Assembly (NCBI GenBank): GCA_965208575.1
Contig: CBDBOV010000004.1
Location: 928,001 to 992,000, forward strand
Direction of reading: 5' to 3'
Length of the DNA: 64,000 bases
DNA from: Spirochaetia bacterium
GTDB taxonomy: Bacteria > Spirochaetota > Spirochaetia > SZUA-6 > Bin103
Positions 49,899 to 60,082 of this stretch are shown piece after piece; the first letter of the stretch is position 1, and every line of letters begins with the position of its first letter. The notes under the pieces are model-generated. The model had not been told where the DNA came from. It ran no database searches and saw only the letters and a program-made list of their open reading frames with translations. The position numbers and the translations under genes were made by a program.

Positions 49899-51350
49899 GT
49901 GACCATGCCTGCCGATGCCGCCGATCCCCCGCCGGCGAGCGGCAGCGAGTTGTGCTACCTGCCGGCGCTGGATCTGCGCGACCGCTACCGGCGCGGTGAG
50001 CTGTCCCCGGTGGAGGTGACGGCGGCGGTCCTGGATCGCATCGACGCGCTGCAGCCGCGCCTGAACGCCTTCGTCACCGTGACCCGCGACCGCGCCCTCG
50101 AGCAGGCGCAGGCCGCGGAACGCGCCTACCGCGACGGCAGCGCCGGGCCGCTCGCCGGCATCCCGCTGTCGTTGAAAGACCTCGTTCCCACCCGCGGTGT
50201 GCGCACCACCATGGGCTCCCTGCTGCAGCAGGACTGGGTGCCCGACTTCGACGCGCCGGTGGTGGAACGGCTGCTCGGCGCAGGCGGTGTCCTGCTCGGC
50301 AAGACCAATACGCCCGAATACGGCTGGAAGGGCGAGACCAGCAACCGGGTGAGCGGCACCACTCACAACCCGTGGCGCCACGGCCGCACCCCCGGCGGTT
50401 CCTCCGGCGGCGCGGCGGCCGCGGTTGCCGCCGGACTCGGGCCGCTCGCCCAGGGCTCGGACGGCGCCGGGTCGATCCGCATCCCGTCCTCGTTCAGCGG
50501 CATCTTCGGCATCAAACCGTCGTTCGGGCTGGTACCGCAGTACCCGGCCAGCGCCGTGGAGCTGCTGTCGCACGTCGGGCCGATGACGCGCACGGTGCGG
50601 GACGCCGCGCTGATGCTCGGGGTCATGGCGGGCGCCGATCCGCGCGACCCGCACTCCTGGTCGCGGCCGTGCGACTACCTGGCGCTGCTGCAGGAGGAGC
50701 CCGAGCGGCCCGCCGGGCCGGTGCGCGTCGCCTGGTCGCCCGACCTCGGGACGGCCACCGTCGACCCCGAAGTGGCGCGCCTCACCGCGGCGGCCGCGCA
50801 GCGCTTTGGCGAGTTGGGTTACGACGTGGAAGAGGCGAGCCCCGACGTTGCCGATCCGTGGGAGTTGATCAACGTGATGTGGTGCGTCGGCGAGGCCGGC
50901 GTGCACGGCGCCCTGTTCCCGGAGGTGCGCGACGACCTCGATCCCGGCCTGGCCGCGATCATCGACACCGCGCACACCTACCGCGCCCTGAACGTGGCGG
51001 CCGCGTTGCGCGCGCGGCTCGACTACTACCACGGCATGCGCGCCTTCATGGAGCGCTACGACCTGCTGCTGACACCGACCATGCCGCTGCCCGCCTTTGC
51101 CGCCGGGCTGGACCAGCCGGACCGGATCGGCGAGCAGGTGCTGGACGCCGGGCTGAGCTGGACGCCGTTCACCTACCCGTTCAACCTGACCGGCCAGCCC
51201 GCCGCCACCGTGCCGTGCGGATTCACCGGCGACGGGCTGCCTGTGGGCCTGCAGATCGTCGGCCGCCGCCACTCCGACAGCACGGTGCTGGCCGCAGCGG
51301 CCGCGTTCGAGGCGGCCCATCCCTGGGCCCACCACCGTCCGCGGCTGTAG
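49899..51350 (+). CDS. Amidase signature family protein
   Basis: LKDL, GKTNTPE, PGGSSGG and GSDGAGSIRIPS, which give a Ser-cisSer-Lys triad. Confidence 0.94.
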   Translation: MTMPADAADPPPASGSELCYLPALDLRDRYRRGELSPVEVTAAVLDRIDALQPRLNAFVTVTRDRALEQAQAAERAYRDGSAGPLAGIPLSLKDLVPTRGVRTTMGSLLQQDWVPDFDAPVVERLLGAGGVLLGKTNTPEYGWKGETSNRVSGTTHNPWRHGRTPGGSSGGAAAAVAAGLGPLAQGSDGAGSIRIPSSFSGIFGIKPSFGLVPQYPASAVELLSHVGPMTRTVRDAALMLGVMAGADPRDPHSWSRPCDYLALLQEEPERPAGPVRVAWSPDLGTATVDPEVARLTAAAAQRFGELGYDVEEASPDVADPWELINVMWCVGEAGVHGALFPEVRDDLDPGLAAIIDTAHTYRALNVAAALRARLDYYHGMRAFMERYDLLLTPTMPLPAFAAGLDQPDRIGEQVLDAGLSWTPFTYPFNLTGQPAATVPCGFTGDGLPVGLQIVGRRHSDSTVLAAAAAFEAAHPWAHHRPRL

Positions 51351-51565
51351 AAGATCCGGCGGCGAAGCCATCCGCGACCCGCTCCCGCGGGGCCGCCGCC
51401 GCGTGCAGGCGTCCGTTGGTGCGCCGCCGGCGCCCTTGACGGTCCGCGTCGGCGGCGCTTCGGGGCGGCCCGAGACACAATCCCACGCCTCCGCGTAGCG
51501 TGCGCCGCGGGGCCGGCCCCCGTCGGCGGTGTTGCGCCGCCCGGCGAACGGGTAGTATCGAGGCC

Positions 51566-53053
51566 ATGGCAAAGCGTCCCCACGTACTGCTGATCGTCAC
51601 CGACCACTGGCCGGCGGCCCTGCTCGGCTGCGCCGGACATCCGGCGATCCAGACCCCGACCCTCGACGCGCTCGCGTCCAGCGGCTCTCGCTACACCAAC
51701 GCCTACTCCGAGTGTCCGGTGTGCATTCCCGCCCGGCGCACGCTGATGACCGGCACCAGCCCGCGCACCCACGGCGACCGCGTATTCGCCGAACGCATGC
51801 CGATGCCCGATCTGCCCACCCTTGCCGGCACGTTCCGCGCCGCCGGCTACCAGGCCAACGCGGTCGGCAAGCTGCACGTCTACCCGCAGCGCAACCGCAT
51901 CGGCTTCGACGACGTCATCCTCGACGAGGAAGGCCGCACTCAGTACGGCGTAACCGACGACTACGAACTGTTCCTCGGCGACGAGGGTTTTCCCGGCCAG
52001 CAGTTCGGCCACGGCATGGGCAACAACCGCTACGTCAGCCGGCCGTGGCACCTGCCGGAGCACACCCACGCCACCAACTGGGCCACGGCGGCGATGGTAC
52101 GCACCATCAAGCGGCGCGATCCCACCAAGCCCGCGTTCTGGTACCTCTCGTACCGCCACCCGCATCCGCCGCTGGTGCCGCTGGCCGCCTACCTCGACCA
52201 GTACCGCGAGCCGGTCGACGAGCCCTGCCACGGGAGCTGGGCGCGGGACACCGCCGCCATGCCGCTGCGCCTGCGCGCGGTGCGGGAGCGCACCGCGTAC
52301 CTGGCGACGCCGGCCCAGGTCGACGCCGCCCGCCGCGCCTTCTACGCCCTGTGCACGCACATCGACCACCAGCTCAGCGTCGTGATCGGCACCCTGCGCG
52401 AGGAGGCGCTACTTGACGACACCATCATCTGCTTCACCTCCGACCACGGCGACATGCTCGGCAACCACGGCCTGTGGGCCAAGCAGTTGTTCTACGAGTA
52501 TTCGGCCAACGTGCCGTTCCTGCTGATCGGCGCGGACAGCGCGAACAGCCGCATCGAGCCGGGCGTCGATCACCGCCTCGTCGGGCTCGCGGACGTGATG
52601 CCGACCCTGCTGGAACTGGCCGACGTGGAGGTGCCCGAGACCGTGGAGGGCCACTCGGTGGTCACCGCAGACCCGCGCCCCTGGCTCTACGGGGAGATGA
52701 GCGACGACATCTACGCCAGCCGCATGCTGCACGACGGGCGCCACAAGCTGATCTACTACCCGGCGGGCAACTGCAGCCAGCTCTTCGACCTGCACGCCGA
52801 CCCGCTCGAGTTGACCGACCTGGCCGAAGTCCCGCGGTCGGCCGCCGTTCGCCGGCGCCTGCAGGCGTGCCTGGTGGAGCAGCTCTACGGCAACGACCTG
52901 GCGTGGGTGCGCGACGGCGAGCTGATCGGCGTGCCCGACCGCACCTACCGCCCCGGCGGCAACAAGGACCTCGGCAGCCAGCGCGGCGGCCACTGGCCGC
53001 CGCCGCCGCGCACCGACATGCAGCAGATTCGCTGGCTCACCGGCTCCACCTGA
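51566..53053 (+). CDS. Sulfatase (Cys-type, choline-sulfatase-like)
   Basis: CxPxR motif CIPARR, then LMTG, GKLH, HPHPP and TSDHGDMLG. Confidence 0.93.
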   Translation: MAKRPHVLLIVTDHWPAALLGCAGHPAIQTPTLDALASSGSRYTNAYSECPVCIPARRTLMTGTSPRTHGDRVFAERMPMPDLPTLAGTFRAAGYQANAVGKLHVYPQRNRIGFDDVILDEEGRTQYGVTDDYELFLGDEGFPGQQFGHGMGNNRYVSRPWHLPEHTHATNWATAAMVRTIKRRDPTKPAFWYLSYRHPHPPLVPLAAYLDQYREPVDEPCHGSWARDTAAMPLRLRAVRERTAYLATPAQVDAARRAFYALCTHIDHQLSVVIGTLREEALLDDTIICFTSDHGDMLGNHGLWAKQLFYEYSANVPFLLIGADSANSRIEPGVDHRLVGLADVMPTLLELADVEVPETVEGHSVVTADPRPWLYGEMSDDIYASRMLHDGRHKLIYYPAGNCSQLFDLHADPLELTDLAEVPRSAAVRRRLQACLVEQLYGNDLAWVRDGELIGVPDRTYRPGGNKDLGSQRGGHWPPPPRTDMQQIRWLTGST

Positions 53054-53059
53054 TTCGGA

Positions 53060-53629
53060 TCAGCGCGGCGGACGTGCGCCCGGCCACGGCTCGCCGTCGA
53101 CCAGGATCTCCTCGGTTTCCTCTTCCACCTTGAACGGCGCCAGGCCGCGCGCCCGGTAGTTGGCGAGCGCATGCGGGTGGTCCTCGGTGCAGGTGTGCAG
53201 CCACACCCGTCCGGTGCCGATCTTGCGCCCTCGCTGCACGGCGTCGCACAGCAGGTAGCCGCCGAGGGCGCGGCCCACGAACGCCGGCAGCACGCCGAAG
53301 TACACGATCTCCACGCCTGCGCCGCTGTGCTCACCGTCGGGGCGCAACTCGAAATACCCGGCCGGCGTGCCATCGACGTAGCCGGCCCAGGTCTCCAGCC
53401 CCGGGGTTGCCAGGTACTCCTGCCACTGCGCGTAGCTCCACCGCAGCCGCGAATTCCAGTTCCAGCGCCAGCCCACCGCGGTATACAGGAAGCGGTTGAA
53501 CTCCGGGCTCGCCGCCGCCGCCTGCCACAACTCGTAGTCCGGTCGCGCGCGCGCCGGGGGACGCAGCGGCGCCTCCCCCGCGATCTCCAGGTAGGTAGTC
53601 CGCACCGACCGCTGCACCGTTGCCATCAC
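53060..53629 (-). CDS. GNAT family N-acetyltransferase
   Basis: EIVYFGVLP.F.GR.LGG.LL and WLHTCTEDHP.ALANY..RG motifs. Confidence 0.9.
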   Translation of the reverse strand: MMATVQRSVRTTYLEIAGEAPLRPPARARPDYELWQAAAASPEFNRFLYTAVGWRWNWNSRLRWSYAQWQEYLATPGLETWAGYVDGTPAGYFELRPDGEHSGAGVEIVYFGVLPAFVGRALGGYLLCDAVQRGRKIGTGRVWLHTCTEDHPHALANYRARGLAPFKVEEETEEILVDGEPWPGARPPR

Positions 53630-53647
53630 CGCACCCCCGTGCGCCCG

Positions 53648-54073
53648 TTACCAGGCAAAGTTGCCGGCGCCGTCGAGCGGCGAACCGGGATTCCAGGCCA
53701 CTTCCCACAGGTGGCCGTCGGGATCCCGGAAGTAGCCCGAGTGGCCGCCCCAGAACACATCCTGGGCCGGCTTGACGATGGTGCCGCCGGCGCGCTCGGC
53801 CTCGGCGAGCACCGCGGCAACGTCCTCGCGACTCCTCACGTTGTGGGCCAGGGTGACGGCGCCGGCGGGCGGACCGTCGATGCCCGGCAATCCGATCTCC
53901 TCCAGCAGCTTGGCGCGTGGATAGAGCGCGAACCCGACGCCGTTGAGCGTAAAGGTCACGATCGAGTCGGCCAGTTCCTCGTGCGCAATGCGCCAGCCGA
54001 GCGCCTCGTAGAATGCCCTTGCGCGCGGCAGATCGTCCACGCCCAACGTAACGATGCTGAGCCGCTGTTCCAT
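53648..54073 (-). CDS. VOC/glyoxalase family protein
   Basis: MEQRLSIVTLGV.DL, TLAHNV and FWGG.SGYF.DPDGHLWEVAWNP motifs. Confidence 0.93.
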   Translation of the reverse strand: MEQRLSIVTLGVDDLPRARAFYEALGWRIAHEELADSIVTFTLNGVGFALYPRAKLLEEIGLPGIDGPPAGAVTLAHNVRSREDVAAVLAEAERAGGTIVKPAQDVFWGGHSGYFRDPDGHLWEVAWNPGSPLDGAGNFAW

Positions 54074-54369
54074 TTTCTCGCTCTTTGCTCCTTGCCGCTG
54101 CCGATGAACCCGCCGCGCCGCCGGCGGCGGCGGAATTCGGAATCCGGCGGCATTCGGTTGCGTCGTCGTGGCATGAAGAGTAGCACAAATGAGACCGGCG
54201 GCGTGCGCCGTGCGAGCTGCTCGCCGCGCCCCGGCCCGAACGAGGGCGATGTGGGTTCGGGCGCGCCGCCTGTGCCGCGCGAGGTGCGACAGCTCGCCGC
54301 GCGCCGCCCGCGGGCCCGCGGGCCGCCCCCGGCTGGCGCGGGCGGCCACGGCAGGGTACGGTAGGCTTC

Positions 54370-55500
54370 ATGGCGCGATTGCGCGAACCCGCTCCCCCGC
54401 AGACGGTGCCCGGTGTGGTAGTGAACCACACGCCCGCCGCCCGGCAACAGTACAACGGGTGTCCGTCGATCGCCGTGCTGCCGGAGGGCGACTACGTGGC
54501 CAGCCACTCGCTGTTCGGGCCCGGCGCCAGCAACACCGACAGCTTCGTGTACCGCTCCGGCGACCGCGGGCAGTCGTGGCGGCGCATCGCCGAGGTGCAC
54601 GGCCAGATCTGGTCGAAGCTGTTCGTGCATCGCGGCGACCTGTACCTGATCGGCACCGACCACTGCGACCGCTACGGCGGCCGGCTGAACGGCAGGATGG
54701 TGATCCGCCGCTCGACCGACGGCGGCGCCACCTGGAGCGACGCGCGCGGCGCGGACAGCGGCCTGCTCAGCGACCAGGACGGCTATCACACCGCGGCGGT
54801 TGCGCTGGTCGAACACGACGGCCGCCTGTGGAAGGCGATGGAGTTCGCGCCCGAACCGGACCGCAAGACCTGGCAGGCGTTCGTGATCTCGGCACCGGTC
54901 GATGCCGACCTGCTCGACCGCGCCAACTGGACCTTCAGCGATCGCCTGTCGCACCGGTGGTCGGGCAACCAGTGGATCGAAGGCAACGTCGTGGTCGCTC
55001 CCGGCGGCGGGCTGTGGAACGTCCTGCGCCAGGACCAGTCCCCCGAGCGCTTCGCCACCGGGGACGCCGAGCGCGCGGTGGCGGTGCGGATCGAGCCGGA
55101 CGGCAGCAGCCTCGATCACGACCCGAACCGCGGCTACCTTGCCTTCCCCGGCGCCAACACCAAGTTTACCGTGGGGTTCGACCGGGTCAGCGGCTGCTAC
55201 CTGGCCCTGGTCAACCCGCAGGAACGGCCCTCACACTACCGCAGCCGGCTGGTGCTCAGCGCCTCCCGCGACCTGCGGCAGTGGCGGATCGTCAGTGAGC
55301 TGCTCCACCACCCGGACCCGGTCAAGCACGCATTCCAGTACGTGGACTGGGTGTTCGACGGCGACGACATCGTCTACCTGTCGCGCACCGCCTACGACGA
55401 CGGCCACGGCGGCGCGCACCGCGCCCACGACGCCAACTACACCACCTTCCACCGCATCCCGCAGTTCCGGTCGCTCCTGCGAGTTCTGGGCAGCGAATAG
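54370..55500 (+). CDS. BNR/Asp-box repeat (sialidase-like) beta-propeller protein
   Basis: Asp-boxes YRSGDRGQSW and RRSTDGGATW, and a C-terminal FQYVDW...SRTA...HDAN..TFH. Confidence 0.82.
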   Translation: MARLREPAPPQTVPGVVVNHTPAARQQYNGCPSIAVLPEGDYVASHSLFGPGASNTDSFVYRSGDRGQSWRRIAEVHGQIWSKLFVHRGDLYLIGTDHCDRYGGRLNGRMVIRRSTDGGATWSDARGADSGLLSDQDGYHTAAVALVEHDGRLWKAMEFAPEPDRKTWQAFVISAPVDADLLDRANWTFSDRLSHRWSGNQWIEGNVVVAPGGGLWNVLRQDQSPERFATGDAERAVAVRIEPDGSSLDHDPNRGYLAFPGANTKFTVGFDRVSGCYLALVNPQERPSHYRSRLVLSASRDLRQWRIVSELLHHPDPVKHAFQYVDWVFDGDDIVYLSRTAYDDGHGGAHRAHDANYTTFHRIPQFRSLLRVLGSE

Positions 55501-55525
55501 CAGCCCGTGTTTCGCCCGGCCAGCC

Positions 55526-56674
55526 TCAGCGGGCCGCCTTCACGCCGCCGCCGGCCGCGGCGCGCTTCACCTCCGCCACCACCGCGCCTTCATTGACCAT
55601 GGTGATGTCGCCGGGCGTCTCCTGCACCAGGATGCCGTGCGCTGCGCCCCAGGCGACCGCGGTATCCAGAGAGTGCCCCTTCATCAGCGCCGCCAGCACG
55701 CCGCAGGCGAACGAGTCGCCGCCGCCGGTGCGGTCGGTAATGTGCACGTGCTCGCGCACCGGCGCGGCGTACCAGGTGCCGGCGCGGCAGTCGTACAGCA
55801 CCGCCCCCCAGCTTATCTCGTCGGCGTCGTGCGCCCCGCGCCACTGCGTGCCCACCAGCGACAGGTTGGGAAAGTCGCGCGCCACCTTGACGATCGTATC
55901 CTGGTACACGCTCAGCCAGTCCTCGAATGTGTCGCGTTCCGGCTCGGCCGTGTCGTAGCCGAACGCGTCGTACAAGTCGGAGTCGTTGCCCACCAGCATG
56001 CTCAGGTAGGGCGCCAGCCTCTGATTGATCGCGCGCGCGCGCTCCTTGTTCGGCTCCACCTTGGAGCGGTAGTTGAGGTCCGCGGCCACGAACGTGCCGG
56101 CCGCCTGCGCCGCACTCGCGGCCTCGATCGCCAGGTCGGCGGTCTCGCTGCCGATCAGGGTCAGGATGCCGCCGGTGCTGAACACCCGCGTGCCCTCCTC
56201 CGCGAACAGGCGCTCGAAGTCGAAGTCGCCCGGCTTCATGCGCGCCGCCGGCGTGTTGGCGCGGTAGTAGACGGTCTCCGAGGGCAGCACGCCGCGGCCC
56301 GCGGTGGTGAAGCTGATGCCGTTGTGCAGCGTGCCCTTCTGGTCGGTGGACCAGGCGCCGCCGTCGCTGCCGGTGTTCCACCAGCGGATGTTGCTCACGT
56401 CCACGCCCGCCTCGCGCAACTGGTTGCGGATGTTCTCGCCGACGGGATCGTCGACCAACGCCGTGAGCACCCCGGCGCGCAGTCCGAACGTGTAGGCGGC
56501 GCCGCACGCGACGTTGGTCTCGCCGCCGCCCTGGGAGACGCGGATGTTGTCGCGCATGCGCGCGGTGGGCACGTCGCGCGGGTCGAAGCGCAGCATCACC
56601 TCGCCGAGGGCGATCAGGTCGTGGCGGCACGCGGAGGCGGGTTTGATGGCGTCGTACGGTACGGTTTGCGGCAT
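55526..56674 (-). CDS. PfkB family sugar kinase (KDG kinase-like)
   Basis: LGEVMLR.DP, GGGETNVA, DLNYR and the PfkB signature DRTGGGDSFACG. Confidence 0.9.
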   Translation of the reverse strand: MPQTVPYDAIKPASACRHDLIALGEVMLRFDPRDVPTARMRDNIRVSQGGGETNVACGAAYTFGLRAGVLTALVDDPVGENIRNQLREAGVDVSNIRWWNTGSDGGAWSTDQKGTLHNGISFTTAGRGVLPSETVYYRANTPAARMKPGDFDFERLFAEEGTRVFSTGGILTLIGSETADLAIEAASAAQAAGTFVAADLNYRSKVEPNKERARAINQRLAPYLSMLVGNDSDLYDAFGYDTAEPERDTFEDWLSVYQDTIVKVARDFPNLSLVGTQWRGAHDADEISWGAVLYDCRAGTWYAAPVREHVHITDRTGGGDSFACGVLAALMKGHSLDTAVAWGAAHGILVQETPGDITMVNEGAVVAEVKRAAAGGGVKAAR

Positions 56675-56737
56675 TTTTGATCCTTGTTCGTTGTCCTGGG
56701 TTTTAGCCAGGGCTGGCCCGCACTATGATGGCAGGCA

Positions 56738-57451
56738 TTGGCTTCCATTGGTACGCCTGAGGGTGCGCAGTTCAACCCCCACTTCCAGGTCGGCCTCGAC
56801 GTCGCGGGCCGGCGCTGCCTGGTGATCGGCGGCGCCGATGAGGCGCTCGACAAGACGCTGCGGCTGCTCGACGCCCGCGGCCGCGTGCTGCTCGTGGCAC
56901 CGGAGTTGTGCGGCGGTCTGGCAGAACTGCACGCCGCCGGTCGCATCGATTGGCATGCCCGGCGCTACCGTTCCGACGACCTCGGCGGCGCCTGCCTGGT
57001 CATCAACACCGTGCGCTCCGATCCTGCCCTGTGCGAGCGCGTGTTCGCCGCCGCGCAACGCCGCCGCATACCGATCAACACCTACGACCTGCCGCAGTAC
57101 TCGACGCTCGCGATGGCCGCCCTGGTCACCTGCGGCCACCTGCGCATCAGCATCAGCACCAGCAACGCCGCCCCCGCCGCGGCCAGCCGGCTGCGCCGCG
57201 ACCTTGCCGACCTGCTTGCCGGCACCCCGGACCTGGAGGAGTTCCTGGCTGTCCTCGGCGAGGTCCGCGGCCTGGCGAAGCAGCACGTCGCCAACCCCGG
57301 CGAACGGCGTGCCCTGCTTCGCGGACTGGTTGACGGCCTGCGCCTGCACGGAACGGTCGAGCTGCCCACCGGCTGGCGCACCCGGCTGGCCACGGTCGCG
57401 GCGCAACTGCGGCAGCACCCGCAACCCGGCGGCGACAACGGGACCGCGTAG
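56738..57451 (+). CDS. Stand-alone precorrin-2 dehydrogenase / sirohydrochlorin ferrochelatase-like protein (SirC/CysG N-terminal), divergent
   Basis: GRRCLVIGG...K...LL, L.GA.LV, IN..D.P and L.ISIST...P pattern, with no methyltransferase domain. Confidence 0.75.
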   Translation: MASIGTPEGAQFNPHFQVGLDVAGRRCLVIGGADEALDKTLRLLDARGRVLLVAPELCGGLAELHAAGRIDWHARRYRSDDLGGACLVINTVRSDPALCERVFAAAQRRRIPINTYDLPQYSTLAMAALVTCGHLRISISTSNAAPAAASRLRRDLADLLAGTPDLEEFLAVLGEVRGLAKQHVANPGERRALLRGLVDGLRLHGTVELPTGWRTRLATVAAQLRQHPQPGGDNGTA

Positions 57452-57491
57452 GCGACGCGGACCGGCCGCTTGTGTTACTTTTCGGGCGCCG

Positions 57492-58814
57492 ATGATCGAC
57501 ATTAACTGGATACGCGCCGATCCGGACCGCGCCGCGGCGGCGCTGGCCAAGCGCGGGCCGCGCACCGAGTTTCGCGAGGTGCTGGAGTGGGACGACATGC
57601 GCCGCGACCTGGTCACGGAAACGGACCGGCTGCGCGCCCAGCGCAACGACGTCTCGAGCCAGATCCCGCGCCGCAAGCAACGCGGAGAGAACGTCCAGCC
57701 GTTGTTCGAGGAGATGCGCGGCGTTGGTCAGCGCATCAAGGCGCTGGAAGCGGATTTGTCCGGCCTGGAGCGGCGCATCCGCGACTTTCTGGAGCAGCTC
57801 CCCAACGTCCCCGACGACGACGTGGCCGGCGGCGGCAAGGAACACAACCGTGTGTTGCACGCGTGGGGGGAGAAGCCGGCCTTCGACTTCGCCCCGCGCG
57901 ACCACCTGACGCTGGCCGACAGCCTCGGCCTGATCGACTTCGAGCGCGGCGCCAAGGTGGCCGGCAGCGGGTTCTGGATCTACCGCGGCGCCGGCGCCCT
58001 GCTGGAGATGGCGCTGATCAACTACTGCATAAGCCGCAACGTCGCCGCCGGCTACGAGCTGATGCTGCTGCCGCACATCGTCAACGCGCAATGCGGCTAT
58101 GTCTCCGGCCAGTTCCCGAAGTTCGGCCAGGACGTGTACCGGCTCGCCGCCGGCCAGGACAACGACGCCGGCGACACCGGCAGCAGCGCCGCCGCCGCGG
58201 ACGGTCTCGATGGGCAGATTCTGATCCCCACATCGGAAACCGCCCTCGCCGCCATCCACCGGGACGAGATCATCGCCTCCGACACGCTGCCGCGCAAATA
58301 CTGCGCATTCACCCCCTGCTACCGGCGCGAGGCGGGCAGCTACCGCAGCCGCGACCGCGGCACCATACGCGGCCACCAATTCCACAAGGTGGAGCTGTTT
58401 CAGTACGTCGCGCCCGATCAGTCCGAAGCCGCGTTGCAGGGCATGGTGGAACATGCCGCGTCCCTGGTGCGCGGCCTCGGCCTGCACTACCAGATCTCGC
58501 AACTCGCAGCCGGCGACTGCAGCGCGGCCGCCGCCAAGACCTGCGACATTGAGGTGTGGATCCCGAGCATGGCCAGCTACGAGGAAGTCAGCTCCGCCTC
58601 CAACACGCGCGACTACCAGTCGCGGCGCGGCCGCATCCGCATGCGCGGCGCTTCCGGAACCGCGCTGGTGCACACCCTGAACGCATCCGGGCTGGCCACC
58701 AGCCGGCTGCTGCCGGCGCTGCTGGAGTGTTGTCAGCGCGCCGACGGCGGCGTCACGGTACCCGAGGCGCTGCGCCCGTTCTGCGGCCTCGAGTCGATCG
58801 ACCGAAGCGCCTGA
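57492..58814 (+). CDS. serS: Serine--tRNA ligase
   Basis: N-terminal coiled-coil arm, LPN.P, LIPTSE, motif 2 YRREAGS...HQFHKVE, DIEVW.P, EVSS.SN and HTLN.SGLA. Confidence 0.95.
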   Translation: MIDINWIRADPDRAAAALAKRGPRTEFREVLEWDDMRRDLVTETDRLRAQRNDVSSQIPRRKQRGENVQPLFEEMRGVGQRIKALEADLSGLERRIRDFLEQLPNVPDDDVAGGGKEHNRVLHAWGEKPAFDFAPRDHLTLADSLGLIDFERGAKVAGSGFWIYRGAGALLEMALINYCISRNVAAGYELMLLPHIVNAQCGYVSGQFPKFGQDVYRLAAGQDNDAGDTGSSAAAADGLDGQILIPTSETALAAIHRDEIIASDTLPRKYCAFTPCYRREAGSYRSRDRGTIRGHQFHKVELFQYVAPDQSEAALQGMVEHAASLVRGLGLHYQISQLAAGDCSAAAAKTCDIEVWIPSMASYEEVSSASNTRDYQSRRGRIRMRGASGTALVHTLNASGLATSRLLPALLECCQRADGGVTVPEALRPFCGLESIDRSA

Positions 58815-58885
58815 ATCGCCTGCCGTCGGCGGGTTGCGCCGCGGGCGCTGCATGAGCTATGGTGCACGGCACCAGCCAGCGCCGC

Positions 58886-59950
58886 ATGCAACGCACCTCC
58901 GACCTGAACGTTAACGCCATCGAACCGCTCATCACGCCGCGCGCCCTCAAGCGGGAGTTGCCGATGTCGGCGCCCGCCAGCGACAACGTCGTGCGCGCCC
59001 GGGCCACGATTGCCGATATCCTGGCGCGCCGTGATCCGCGCCTGCTGGTCATCGTGGGTCCCTGCTCGATCCACGACGAGCGCGCGGCCCTGGAGTATGC
59101 TCAGCGGCTCGCCGAGCTGGCCGAGGCGGTGCGCGACGAGTTCTACGTCGTCATGCGGGTCTACTTCGAGAAGCCGCGCACCACGATCGGCTGGCGCGGC
59201 ATGATCATCGACCCGCGCCTGGACTACTCGTCACGCATCCCCGAGGGGCTTGAGGCCGCACGCCGCATTCTCCTGTCGATCAACGAGTACGGCGTGCCCA
59301 CCGCGACCGAGATGCTCGATCCGATCGTGCCGCAGTACATCGCCGACCTGGTGTCGTGGGCGGCCATCGGCGCGCGCACCACCGAGTCGCAAACGCATCG
59401 CGAAATGGCCAGCGGCCTGTCGATGCCGGTCGGATACAAGAACAGCACCGACGGCAATCTGCAGGTCGCCATCGACGCCATCACCTCCGCCCGCAGCCGG
59501 CACCGTTTCCTCGGCGTGGACCAGGATGGCCGCATCGGCGTGGTCAGCACCCAGGGCAACCCGGCCGGCCACGTGATCCTGCGCGGCGGCCGCTCGGGAA
59601 CGAACTACGGCTCCGAGAGCGTGAACGACTCCGCCCGGCTGTTGGAACGGTCGGGCCTGGAGCCCGTGCTGATGGTCGACTGCAGCCACGACAACTCCGG
59701 CAAGAAGCACGAAAACCAGGAAACCGCCTGGAACAGCGTCATCAACCAGCGCGCCGCGTGCACCCGCAGCCCGATTGTCGGCGTCATGCTCGAGAGCAAC
59801 CTGTACGAAGGCCGCCAGGACCTGACCGACGATCCGCGCGAGTTGAGCTACGGCGTCTCGATTACCGACGAGTGCATCAGTTGGGATACTACCGAGCGGA
59901 TGCTCACCGGCGCGCTGCGTGCGCCGCAGGGTGCTGCCGTCTCGGTCTGA
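58886..59950 (+). CDS. DAHP synthase class I-alpha (AroF/G/H type)
   Basis: GPCSIHD, RVYFEKPRTT.GW, IGARTTESQ.HRE.ASG, KNSTDG, DCSH.NS and SITDEC motifs. Confidence 0.96.
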   Translation: MQRTSDLNVNAIEPLITPRALKRELPMSAPASDNVVRARATIADILARRDPRLLVIVGPCSIHDERAALEYAQRLAELAEAVRDEFYVVMRVYFEKPRTTIGWRGMIIDPRLDYSSRIPEGLEAARRILLSINEYGVPTATEMLDPIVPQYIADLVSWAAIGARTTESQTHREMASGLSMPVGYKNSTDGNLQVAIDAITSARSRHRFLGVDQDGRIGVVSTQGNPAGHVILRGGRSGTNYGSESVNDSARLLERSGLEPVLMVDCSHDNSGKKHENQETAWNSVINQRAACTRSPIVGVMLESNLYEGRQDLTDDPRELSYGVSITDECISWDTTERMLTGALRAPQGAAVSV

Positions 59951-60082
59951 CCCGCGCCGCCGGCGCGGGCGCGGGCCGGCCACGGCTTGCAAACCGCCGC
60001 CGCGCGCCCATCCCCGCGTCCCCGTCACCCGCCCGTCCGCGCCCGCAACCCACCGCGCACCACAACCGCCAAGGAGGCTGCC

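Noticed and set aside
49220-54369. GC-rich intergenic stretches (49220-49490, 51351-51550, 54075-54355) as riboswitches or ncRNAs
   Set aside because: They can form hairpins, as any ~80% GC sequence can. I found no recognisable aptamer motif and no similarity among them.
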